The notes below the pieces were generated by a model. It did no database searches. It was not told the origin of the DNA and was given only the letters and a program-made list of their open reading frames with translations. A stretch of DNA of 64,000 bases from assembly GCA_031372565.1 (NCBI GenBank), contig JANMLN010000054.1, positions 13,492 through 77,491 of the forward strand, in the 5' to 3' direction. The translations under genes were made by a program, and so were the position numbers. Each line of letters begins with the position of its first letter. Positions within the stretch are counted from its first letter, which is position 1. Below are positions 7,761-17,000 of the stretch, piece by piece. Origin of the DNA: Gemmatimonadota bacterium. Its GTDB lineage: Bacteria > Gemmatimonadota > Gemmatimonadetes > Gemmatimonadales > Gemmatimonadaceae.

Positions 7761-9360
7761 AGGCCAGTTCTTGTGCGCTGGCCAGCGTGGCCACGCGATG
7801 CGCGTGCGCCATCACGGCGAACGTGACGGTGGTGGCCGGAATGCTGGGAAGCGCCGAGGCATCGACGAGATGCACCCGCTCGAAACCGAACGGGCGCGCC
7901 AGCAGGTCCGACGAGTGCGGCACACGCTCCCGTCGCATGGGATAACTGGCGCCGACGTGAAATCCGCGGCCCGGCTTCGAATGCTGGATGAGCGGCGTCA
8001 TCGCGATGGCCTTCAGCGCGACGGCGTCCCGCATCAGCTTCCGGCCCACGCGCGCTGCAAGCCTGCGCACTTCGGCGCCATCGTCGTTCGACCCGATCCG
8101 GACCACCACGCCCCGGGTGCCGTCGCGGTCCACCTGCAGGGAGAACCCCGGTGAGTGTCGCGAGTGCAAGTATCCACCACAGACCAGCATCCGTGCCGCC
8201 AGCGCGCGCCAGAACGGCGGTGCGACGTTGCCGAATGGGCCGCCCGCAAAGCGGAGCGCTTCTTCCATCAGGTCGTTGTACGTGTACACGCTGAGGTGCA
8301 CGAACGCGGGAGAGATCGCTGCGTCGCGGATCAGGATGTACGCCTGTGCCATCGTGTGGAGCGCTTCGGCGGCGAGATCGGAGACGCCGCGCATGCGCAC
8401 CAGCGGCATCAGGAAGTACGGGCTGTCGCGCACCGTGATCGGCGTGCCGTACTGCCCCTGGCTGCGCAGCATCAGGGCGGTGCTCGGAATCACGCCTGCG
8501 CCGACGAAGACGCGCTGAGCTGTCGTCTCGCGGCGGGCCCCGGTGATCCGATCGACGCCGCCGATGCGGACCAGCGCGCCCTCCTCACGCAACTCCTCGA
8601 CGACGAAGTCACCGACGTACTCGAAGTTCGGCAGTGCCTGCAGGTGACGGAGCGTCGATGCCGCGCTGTAGATCAGGCCATAGGGACAGCCGTAGAGGCA
8701 CATGCCGCAATAGGCACAGGGGGCGGCTCGTACGGCCAGACGCGATCGTCCGACGGTGATGCCGGCTCGTGCGAGCCGAGCCCGCGCGCGCTGCGCATCA
8801 TCGAGAAAGGCCTGTCCTTGGTGACTCGGCCGGAGATCGCCGACCTGTTCGCTGTGCAGCGGGAACTGCGGCTCGAGAGAATCGCGCGCGCCTGCCAGCG
8901 GCACGAACGACAGCACCGCGCGATAGTGCGCATCGAGATCCGCGGCAGGAAACGGCCAGTCGGCGATGTCGTCACGATGGAACGGGAGCATGCCCGCGCC
9001 CCAGACGGTGCTCAACCCGCCGCGCGCGAAACTCGGCTTCACATCAGCGCCCTGCAGTTCGACGCGCCACGAGTCGTCGTACATGTCGAATGGATACGTC
9101 GAGCCGAACGCGCGCTTGAGCGGAATACCGCCCTTCGTGACTTGCGAGCCGTCGCGCAGGCGCGCCACGTCATCCGCCTGCCACTCGGCAGGCGCGGTGG
9201 CGCCAAGCCGTGCCACGACCTGCTGGCGCTCCGGCTCGAGACTGATTCCAGCATCGAGCAGGCGGACCCGGACGCCACGCGCCGTGAGGGCCATCGCGGC
9301 CGAGATGCCCGCGGGGCCGGAGCCGATCACGCAATACGTATCTGAATCGGCGGCAACCAT
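7759..9360 (-). CDS. GMC-family FAD-dependent oxidoreductase
   Basis: N-terminal dinucleotide fold YCVIGSGPAGISAAMALTARGVRVRLLDAG. C-terminal GMC-type end VHLVDASALPSIPATTVTFAVMAHAHRVA. Confidence 0.88.
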   Translation of the reverse strand: MVAADSDTYCVIGSGPAGISAAMALTARGVRVRLLDAGISLEPERQQVVARLGATAPAEWQADDVARLRDGSQVTKGGIPLKRAFGSTYPFDMYDDSWRVELQGADVKPSFARGGLSTVWGAGMLPFHRDDIADWPFPAADLDAHYRAVLSFVPLAGARDSLEPQFPLHSEQVGDLRPSHQGQAFLDDAQRARARLARAGITVGRSRLAVRAAPCAYCGMCLYGCPYGLIYSAASTLRHLQALPNFEYVGDFVVEELREEGALVRIGGVDRITGARRETTAQRVFVGAGVIPSTALMLRSQGQYGTPITVRDSPYFLMPLVRMRGVSDLAAEALHTMAQAYILIRDAAISPAFVHLSVYTYNDLMEEALRFAGGPFGNVAPPFWRALAARMLVCGGYLHSRHSPGFSLQVDRDGTRGVVVRIGSNDDGAEVRRLAARVGRKLMRDAVALKAIAMTPLIQHSKPGRGFHVGASYPMRRERVPHSSDLLARPFGFERVHLVDASALPSIPATTVTFAVMAHAHRVATLASAQELA

Positions 9361-9566
9361 GTGCTTCCGTGCGGATGAGTGTCGGCGCGTGCGTGTTGCG
9401 CGCGGGTGGCGTCGCCACCCGACATCGCGCCGACCGTGTGACGTGCCTTCACGCCCGTCGTCGCGAGGGCACTGTGCCGAGACCAGAAACTAGCAGGTTG
9501 CTGAAACAGTAGCCCGATTGTGCCGGGCTGGCGCTCGGGCAGGGCGCGATGGTCTCGCCGGACGGC

Positions 9567-10004
9567 CTAGCGGGTCGCCGCGAGCGGGTTCAGCCACTGC
9601 AGGGACCGGAACCGCGCGAAGTCCGAGTCGGTGGAGCACAACTCGGCCGCGTGCTCGATGGCCAGCGCGGCGAGATGGGCATCCGTCGTGAGGTTCCCCG
9701 CCGTGCCGGCCTCGAGCAAGAGGCGGCGCAGCACGCGCCAGTGGTCGTCACCTGGCGCGAGCGGTGTGACGGCGGGCTGCGCGAGCCAGGCGTCTACGGT
9801 CGCGCAGGCTTGGGCGACCGTCAGGGGTGCGGCGAAGACGCGCGCGTTGGTGGCCAGCCGCAGGAAGCCGAGCACCACGACCCACGGCAAGGCGACGGGC
9901 TCCTCGCCGCGCAGTGTCTCCGCGAGCCAGCGCGCGGCGCGCGCGTGCTGCGGCGCCTGGGTGTTGGTTGCGTAGAGGAGGATGTTGAGATCGAGGAGCT
10001 TCAT
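9567..10004 (-). CDS. vapC: PIN-domain toxin of a type II toxin-antitoxin pair
   Basis: MKLLDLNILLYA... (N-terminal acidic D), ...TTDAHLAALAIEHAAELCSTDSDFARF (conserved PIN acidic residues). 145 aa. Lies 14 nt downstream of a small antitoxin gene. Confidence 0.9.
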   Translation of the reverse strand: MKLLDLNILLYATNTQAPQHARAARWLAETLRGEEPVALPWVVVLGFLRLATNARVFAAPLTVAQACATVDAWLAQPAVTPLAPGDDHWRVLRRLLLEAGTAGNLTTDAHLAALAIEHAAELCSTDSDFARFRSLQWLNPLAATR

Positions 10005-10018
10005 GTCGTGCGCGGCCG

Positions 10019-10285
10019 TCAGCGCCGTTCGTCGAGTTCGCGCCGGACGGCGACGTCCTCGAGCGCATCCGCGAGGGCGAGGGCGCGATCGAGATCGATG
10101 CCGACCTGCGGGGCCCCCATGGCAAAGCGGGGCAGCGGCCGCACCCGCGCCGCCTTGGCCGGCTCGGGCTTGAGGCCACGCCGGAGCGCCAGATCGAGCA
10201 GCGCCTTCACGGAGACGCCGCGGCGGAGCGCCTCGGTGCGGAGCCGCCGCAGGAGGTCGGGTGCGATGTCCACGGTGGTGCGCAT
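10019..10285 (-). CDS. vapB: VapB-type antitoxin
   Basis: 88 aa, MRTTVDIAPDLLRRLRTEALRRGVSVKALLDLALRRGL (typical small DNA-binding antitoxin N-terminus). Directly upstream of the PIN gene. Confidence 0.85.
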   Translation of the reverse strand: MRTTVDIAPDLLRRLRTEALRRGVSVKALLDLALRRGLKPEPAKAARVRPLPRFAMGAPQVGIDLDRALALADALEDVAVRRELDERR

Positions 10286-10329
10286 CGGATGATGCTAGCG
10301 CATCATTGTGCTCGCATCAAGTCATCATC
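10281..10329 (-). promoter_or_regulatory. Candidate vapBC operator: inverted repeat plus reiterated CGCATCA half-sites
   Basis: ATGATGC-tagc-GCATCAT inverted repeat at 10289..10306 abuts the vapB start codon (10283..10285). CGCATC(A) recurs at 10281, 10299 and 10313, and CATCAT at 10323. Confidence 0.4.
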
Positions 10330-10609
10330 CTGGTGTCCAGCCCGATACGACCCTGCTCGCGTCAATAGCGGGAGGTCCTCGTCGTCCAAGGGCGTGAAGA
10401 AGGCGATCGAGACGGGCCCGCGTCCCCGCGCCCGCGCATCCTCCACCAACGGTGCCTCGTCCTAGCTGGGCATTGCACGGAGGTTCGGCCGACCGCGAGG
10501 TCGCGCTCGCCGGTCAGTGTGCAGATGGCCGCGGTGAGGGTGCGGGCGGCGAAAGGGCATTAGCTTCGTCCATCGTGCCTGCGCTCCCACTGGGCTCCGT
10601 CTCCCCTTC

Positions 10610-13273
10610 ATGACTCCCGACCTCAACGCGCTGAGCGGCGCGCTCGCGGGACGATATGCCATCGAGCGCGAGCTCGGGCAGGGCGGCATGGCCACCGTGT
10701 ACCTGGCGCGTGACCTCCGCCACGCGCGATCCGTGGCCATCAAGGTGCTGCTGCCGGAGCTCGCGGCCGCCCTCGGGAGCGAGCGCTTCCTGCGCGAGGT
10801 GGCGGTGACCGCCCGCCTGTCGCATCCGCACATCCTCCCGCTGCTCGACTCCGGGGAGGCCGCGGGCACCCTCTTCTACGTGATGCCGTTCGTGGCCGGC
10901 GAGACGCTGCGTCATCGGCTCGATCGGGAGAAGCAGCTGCCGGTGGACGACGCGCTCGCGATCGCCCGCGAGGTGGCCGACGCGCTGGACTATGCCCACC
11001 GCCAGCACGTGGTGCACCGCGACATCAAGCCGGAGAACATCCTGCTCGAGGATGGTCACGCGGTCGTCGCCGACTTCGGCATTGCGCGCGTCATGGATGC
11101 CTCTGCCTCGCAGGCGCTCACGGGCACCGGCCTCGCCATCGGCACGGCGGCGTACATGAGCCCGGAGCAGGCGTCGGGGATGTCCGACGTCGACGGTCGC
11201 AGCGACATCTACGCGCTCGGTTGCCTCCTGCACGAGATGCTCGCGGGACAGCCGCCGTTCACCGGGCCGGTCGCGCAGAGCGTCATCCGCCAGCACGTCA
11301 CCGCCGACCCGCCGAACCTCACCGACATGCGCGGTGCGGTGCCCCCCGCGGTGAGTGCGGTCGTGCGTCGCGCCCTCGGCAAGAGCCCGGCCGACCGCCA
11401 ACCCACGGCCCGGGTGTTCGCCGTGGAACTCGCGGGGGCGGTGCAGGGCGCGGCGACCTCGGGGCCGAGCGTCGCGGCGGCACCGGCATCGCGCGCGCGG
11501 CGGCGCGCGCTCGTCGCGGGCGGGATCGCGCTGCTGCTCGCCGTCGGCGCCTTTGCGGCGCGCGACCGCCTGTGGCGCCGCAGTCCGAGCGGCGCCGCGC
11601 AGCTCACGCGCCTCGTCGTGCTCCCATTCGAGAACATCGGCAAGGCCGAAGACGCGTACTTCGCCGACGGGGTGACCGAGGAGATCGCGAGCCGGCTCGG
11701 GCAGGCCCCCGGGGTGGCCGTCATCGGGCGCGCCACGGCCGCGCAGTACAAGGGCGCCGCCACGTCGCTGTCCACCATCGGTACCGAGCTCGACGTGCAG
11801 TACGCGCTCACCGGCACCGTGCGCTGGAGCGACGAGCCGGCGGGGCGCCGGGTGCGCATCACCCCGCGGCTGCTGCGCGTGTCGGATCAATCGCAGCTGT
11901 GGACCGATCGCTACGACGCCGTCTTCACCGATGTCTTCGCGACGCAGGGGCGCATCGCCGCCGAGGTGGTGAGTGCGCTCGGGATCACGCTCGGCAATCG
12001 CGACGCGGTGCGCGACAGCACGCCGCCCACGCGCAACGTCGCCGCGTACGAGGAGTACGTGCGCGGCAACTCGTTGCTGGCGCAGTGCACGATTCTGCCG
12101 TGCAAGCGGGCGGTCGAGGCCGCCGCGCGGTTCGAGGTGGCGGTGCGCCTCGATCCCGACTTCGCGGCGGCGTGGGCGGGGCTCGCGCTTGCGTGGCCCG
12201 CATCGGGGTCCGCCGAGAGCGCCGACATGGATCGGGCGGCGGTCGCCGCGGAGCGTGCGCTGGCGCTGGCACCGCAACTGGCGGAGGCGCATGCCGCGGC
12301 CGCCCGCGTCGCGTACGCCTCACGCAAGGACGACGCCAAGGCGGAGGGTGAGTTCCAGAAGGCGCTGGCGCTGCAGCCGTCGCAACCCGACGCGCTTCGC
12401 GGCCTCGGCCTCCTCTATCGGCGGCAGGGCGAACTGGAGCGTGCGGTGGACCTGCTGCTCCGCGCCGCCGTGCTCGATCCACGCAACCGCCCCGCGCAGT
12501 ATGACCTCGGCGTGACCTACCAGCGCCTGCGCCGCTATGACGAGGCCGAACGGTTCCTCGAACGTGCCATCGCGCTCAGTCCGTCGGACCAGAACCAGCT
12601 CCAGCGACTTGCGATCCTCAAGCTGATGCGCTCGGGTGACGTGGCAGGCGCGCGCCAAGTGCTCGCGCGAGCTCCCGATCCGTTCATGGCGATGGCGAAA
12701 CTGCCGGAGATCCCCGGCTACCTCGAGATGGCCGCCGTCCTGTGCGATGGGTGTGCCGCTGCGGCCAACGATCGGCTTCGCGCGCTGGGGCCCGTGCCGC
12801 GAGACTCCGCTCCGCATCCAGAGGCATGGGATTGGCGTGGCCGGCTCGCGGGGCTGGCGGGTCACGGTGGCGACGCTCGGGCTGCGTTCGATTCAGCGGT
12901 GAACCGGGCGCAACGCCAGATCGCGATGACGCCGAACGCGACCGACGGGTTCGAGCCGCAAGCGAGCCTCGCCGAGTTGGCCGCACACGCCGGTCGTCGA
13001 GAGGTGGCCCTGAAGGCCGCGCGCGAGGTACTCCGCTTGCTGCAGGTGTCTCCGAACGGCACGTGGGGACCCGACGCGATCAATACCGCGGCTGAGGTCT
13101 TCGCCGTGTTCGGCGAGGACTCGGCGGCCATCGAGAACCTTGATCGCGCGCTGACGCTGCCGGCGCATGTCTCGGCCGCGCTCGTGCGCATCAACCCCGT
13201 GTGGGCGCGATTCCGCGGGGTCAGCGCCTTCGAGCAGATGCTGGCCCGGCACGAGCGACCGGCAGCGCGGTAG
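10610..13273 (+). CDS. Ser/Thr protein kinase with TM segment, TolB-N-like module and TPR repeats
   Basis: GQGGMATVYLARD...VAIKVL, HRDIKPENILL, DFGIAR, SPEQ. TM segment ALVAGGIALLLAVGAFAA. LVVLPFENIGKAEDAYFADGVTEEI module. Multiple TPR-like A/L-rich repeats to the C-terminus. Confidence 0.92.
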   Translation: MTPDLNALSGALAGRYAIERELGQGGMATVYLARDLRHARSVAIKVLLPELAAALGSERFLREVAVTARLSHPHILPLLDSGEAAGTLFYVMPFVAGETLRHRLDREKQLPVDDALAIAREVADALDYAHRQHVVHRDIKPENILLEDGHAVVADFGIARVMDASASQALTGTGLAIGTAAYMSPEQASGMSDVDGRSDIYALGCLLHEMLAGQPPFTGPVAQSVIRQHVTADPPNLTDMRGAVPPAVSAVVRRALGKSPADRQPTARVFAVELAGAVQGAATSGPSVAAAPASRARRRALVAGGIALLLAVGAFAARDRLWRRSPSGAAQLTRLVVLPFENIGKAEDAYFADGVTEEIASRLGQAPGVAVIGRATAAQYKGAATSLSTIGTELDVQYALTGTVRWSDEPAGRRVRITPRLLRVSDQSQLWTDRYDAVFTDVFATQGRIAAEVVSALGITLGNRDAVRDSTPPTRNVAAYEEYVRGNSLLAQCTILPCKRAVEAAARFEVAVRLDPDFAAAWAGLALAWPASGSAESADMDRAAVAAERALALAPQLAEAHAAAARVAYASRKDDAKAEGEFQKALALQPSQPDALRGLGLLYRRQGELERAVDLLLRAAVLDPRNRPAQYDLGVTYQRLRRYDEAERFLERAIALSPSDQNQLQRLAILKLMRSGDVAGARQVLARAPDPFMAMAKLPEIPGYLEMAAVLCDGCAAAANDRLRALGPVPRDSAPHPEAWDWRGRLAGLAGHGGDARAAFDSAVNRAQRQIAMTPNATDGFEPQASLAELAAHAGRREVALKAAREVLRLLQVSPNGTWGPDAINTAAEVFAVFGEDSAAIENLDRALTLPAHVSAALVRINPVWARFRGVSAFEQMLARHERPAAR

Positions 13274-13350
13274 GGACGGCGAGGCGGGCACACGGCGCTG
13301 CCGCGGCGCTGCCGCGGACGGGAGGAGCGCCATCTGGGTGGCGCCAGGCG

Positions 13351-13800
13351 TCAGCGCTTCCGCCCCGCCGCCTTCTTCTTCGCGTCCTTCGCCTTCTGCT
13401 GCCGCCCCTTCACCGCGGCCACGATCAGCGCCTTGAGCGCCTTCTCGTCCACATCGGCCAGCCGCTTGATGTGCACGCAGCCCCCCTTGAGCTTGGCCGG
13501 CGCGATGGCCGCGAGCTTCTCCTTGAACCCGTCGGCGCTCCGCAGGTTGTAGAGCACGATGTCCTGCGCGCGCGAGGCGAAGGCCATGAGCGGCCAGTCC
13601 ATGGTCGAGCCGTCGGCGTACAGCACCGGCTCGTTGCCGAAGCCGATGATCGCGTCGCCCCACATCACCGGCTTGGCTGTCGTGGCCCCCTCGAGCATGC
13701 GGGCGATCGCCTCGCAGTCGGCGCGGCGTTCGGCGGGCAGCTGGGCCGCGAGGTGCTTGGCCACGGAGGCGGTGGTGGGGCGGGTCTTGGCTTCGGCCAT
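13351..13800 (-). CDS. DUF1801 (YdhG-like) domain protein
   Basis: 149 aa, with ...PVMWGDAIIGFG... and a Lys-rich tail. GGAGGA lies about 10 nt upstream of the ATG at 13800. Confidence 0.8.
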   Translation of the reverse strand: MAEAKTRPTTASVAKHLAAQLPAERRADCEAIARMLEGATTAKPVMWGDAIIGFGNEPVLYADGSTMDWPLMAFASRAQDIVLYNLRSADGFKEKLAAIAPAKLKGGCVHIKRLADVDEKALKALIVAAVKGRQQKAKDAKKKAAGRKR

Positions 13801-14022
13801 GCGTGCGAATCCTCCGGTTGGGTCCGGTTCAGGGCACCGCGGAGGGGTTGACTGGCTGCTCCTGCAACTGCGCCGCCTTGGTCACCAACTCCACCACTCC
13901 GCGCTCGGTCAACGCTCACCCCCTGGCGTTCGAACAGGAATACGCCGCACACTCCATTGCCGCAAGAAGACCCAACCCCAACGGCTCTACTGAACCGGGT
14001 CAAATTCAAGTTCAGTACAGCA

Positions 14023-14059
14023 ATCGGCCCGCCTGGTCACCATGACCGAGCGGGCCGAT
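14023..14059 (-). terminator. Strong GC hairpin downstream of the 14085..17993 gene (no U-tract)
   Basis: ATCGGCCCGC-ct-GGTCA-cca-TGACC-ga-GCGGGCCGAT, about 25 nt after the stop codon at 14085..14087. Confidence 0.4.
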
Positions 14060-14084
14060 CGCCATCATCATCGTGCCGTGCGCG

Positions 14085-17000
14085 CTATGGCACCACGCGG
14101 GCCGCCTCGATCGGCTTGAGCCCACGGTCCTTCAACATCTTGTTGATCTTGGGCAGTTCGATCTGCACCCACTTCTCGAAGCTCTTGTTCACGTCGCCCA
14201 GCTCGCGGCTGATCGACCCGGCGCGTTCCACCTGCATCTCCGACGGGCGTCCTTCATACCCGACGACGCTGCCGTAGAGCTCCGCGAGGTTCTCGCGCAG
14301 CCGTTCTTCACCGGTGATCATGCCGCCTTCCTTGGTGGCCACGATCTTCTTGCGCATCGTATCGACCGTGGCGGATCCCTTCTGCAGCGCGGCCAACAGC
14401 GAATCGCGCTGCGCGAGGCCCGTGCCACGATTCTCCAGATTGCCGCGCATGTCGTTCATCCCCTCGACCACCGACGACATCTCGTTCATGAGGTCGTAGA
14501 GCGTGATCGACAGCGCGAACTGCGCCTTTCGATCGTCGGCCGAATGCGACGTCCGCGGATCGCCCGTCACCCGCAGCGTCGTCGACGTCACCAGGTCGCC
14601 CTCCGTGAGCTTGACCGAGTACTTCCCCGGAAGGAATCGCGGCCCCACCACGAAGGCGGCCGACGCGGCCGTCGGCACGCGCGGCGGCGCCATGCGCATG
14701 GACCACGCCGTGCGGCTGAGCCCGCGACGCTTCCCCGCCGGCAACGTCTGCACGAGCTTGCCGGTGGAATCGAAGACCTCGAGCTTGAGGTCGCCAAAGA
14801 TGTGCCGACGCTGCAGGTAGTAGCTGATGATCGCGTCACCCGGCGGGTTCTGTCCAACGAACTCCGCGTCGCCGTTCGCCCAGCCGCCGAAGGAGTTCAT
14901 CGCCTGCACCACCGGCTTGGTTTGCACGAACGCCGCGGCCTGGCCCGTCGCACCCGCCGCGAGGTTCCGGAGCGGCGTGATGTCGTCCACGATCCAGATG
15001 CCGCGACCGTGGGTGCCGATGACCAGATCGTCGTCGCGCGCATGCACCACCAGATCGCGCACCGCGACCGACGGCATGTTGCCACCCTTGTAGCGCGCCC
15101 ACTGCCGGCCACCGTCCACGGAGATCCACAGGCCGAACTCGGTGCCCAGGTACAGCAGGTTGGCGTTGACCAGGTCTTCCTTGATGACGTGCGCATAGCC
15201 ACGCACCGGCGAGCCAGCGGCGATGAGCGACGTCCAGGTCTTGCCGAAGTCGACGGACTTGTATGCATGCGGCGCCATGTCGCCGTCATTGTGCCGATCG
15301 AACGTGGCGTAGATGGTCCCGACCGCAAAATGACCAGGCTCCACGCTGGAGACCCACGAGTTCTTCGGCAGCCCGGCGATATTGCCAGTGACATTCGTCC
15401 ACTGCTTGCCGCCGTTGCGCGTCACCTGCACGTTGCCGTCATCCGTTCCCACCCACACGACCATCGAATCCTTCGGCGACTCGCCGATGGCATAAATGGT
15501 GGTGTGCATCTCGGCGCTCGAGTTGTCCACCGTGATGCCACCGGACAGCTCCTGCATCTGCTTGGCGGGATCGTTGGTGGTGAGGTCCGGCGAGATGCGG
15601 TCCCACGACTGCCCCCGATTGCGCGACCGGAACAGGTACTGCGAGCCCAGGTAGAGCGTGCCGCTGCGCGACGGGCTCAGGTGAATGGGCGTGTTCCAGT
15701 TGTAGCGCAGCTTCCCCTCCCCGAATCGCGGGAGCGGCTTGATGTCGCGGATCTCGTGCGTCTTCATGTTGATGCGGCCGATATTGCCCCCCTGGGCCTC
15801 GGCGTACGCATAGGTGGGATCCTTGGGATCGGCGAAGACCCAGAATCCGTCGCCGCCATAGAGGTTCTCCCACTGGCTCTTCGCGATGCCGCCCGGGAAC
15901 TGCGAACGCCCCACCCACGAGCTGTTGTCCTGCAGGCCACCGTACACCTTGTACGGCGTGTCCATGTCGGTGCTCACGTGATAGAACTGCGAGATCGGCA
16001 ACGTCTCCGACTTCCACCACTTGTCGCCGCCGTCGTACGACGTCCACATGCCACCGTCGTCCGCGAGGATCAGGTGATCGGTGTTCTTCGGATCGATCCA
16101 GATATCGTGCGCGTCACCATGCGTGCTGCCGCCCACGCCATTGAACGTGGCGCCGCCGTCGTTGCTCATGATCAGCCCGCCGTCGGGCTTGAACAGACGG
16201 TTCTCGTTCCTGGGGTCGACGATGAGGTTCGCGAAATAGAACGGACGCCAGAGCATGTTCTGACTGCGATCACGCAGTTCCCACGACGCGCCGCCATCCT
16301 CTGACCGATAGAGCCCGTTCATGGGCGGTACCGCTTCGATGAACGCGTACACGACGTTCGGCTTGGACGGCGCGACCGTGACGGCCACGCGTCCCCACGG
16401 ACCCGCCGGCAGCCCCTTCGTGCTCTTGCTGTCGAGCGCCGTCCAGGTGGCGCCACCATCCGTGGTCTTCATCAGTGCGCTGCCACTCGGCGCGTCGGGG
16501 CCGTCGCCACCCGAGCGGAACGTCCATCCCTTGCGACGGAAGTCCCACAGTCCGGCGTACAGCGTGCCCGGCGCGGTGGGGTCCATGGTCATCAGCGAGC
16601 AGCCGGTGGACGCGTTCGGTCCGCCAAGCACCTTGCTCCACGACTTGCCCCCGTCGATGGTCTTGTAGACGCCACGGTCGTTGCTGTCACTCCATAGCTT
16701 GCCCGGGACGCACGCGTACACCGTGCTGCTGTTCGTCGGGTCGATGAGGATCTTCGAAATGCGCTCCGACTCCGGAAGGCCCATGTTCGTCCACGTCTCG
16801 CCGGCGTCGGTGCTCTTGTAGATGCCATTGCCGATCGACACGCTGTTGCGCGTCCACGGCTCGCCGGTTCCCGCCCAGATGGTCCTGGGATTCCTGGGGT
16901 CAAGGGCGAGCGCTCCAATGGACTGCACGTCCTGCTTGTCGAAGACCGCCTTGAACGTCGTGCCCGCGTTGGTGGACTTCCAGATGCCACCGCTCGCAGC

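Noticed and set aside
9567-10285. vapBC considered as a marker of a mobile or defence island
   Set aside because: No integrase, transposase, tRNA, direct repeats or compositional break flank it. The neighbours are ordinary chromosomal genes.
13294-13315. Tandem 11-mer GGCGCTGCCGC x2 between the convergent kinase and DUF1801 genes
   Set aside because: Only two copies in a 77-nt spacer. Most simply it is part of GC-rich terminator-like secondary structure, and there is no evidence for a specific element.
13803-14045. 80-codon plus-strand ORF in the gap upstream of the DUF1801 gene
   Set aside because: No motif, no ribosome-binding site, and it overlaps the terminator hairpin of the convergent transcript. 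Likely non-coding promoter/terminator space.
14073-16304. 743-aa plus-strand ORF, with similar long ORFs at 10514..12292, 21550..23490, 23521..26025, 37555..39486, 39420..41297, 43944..45776, 48578..49663 and 54722..56566
   Set aside because: All lie antisense to genes with strong family signatures. Their translations are Arg/Ala/Gly/Pro/His-rich low-complexity strings with no recognisable motifs. Long spurious antisense ORFs are expected at this GC content.
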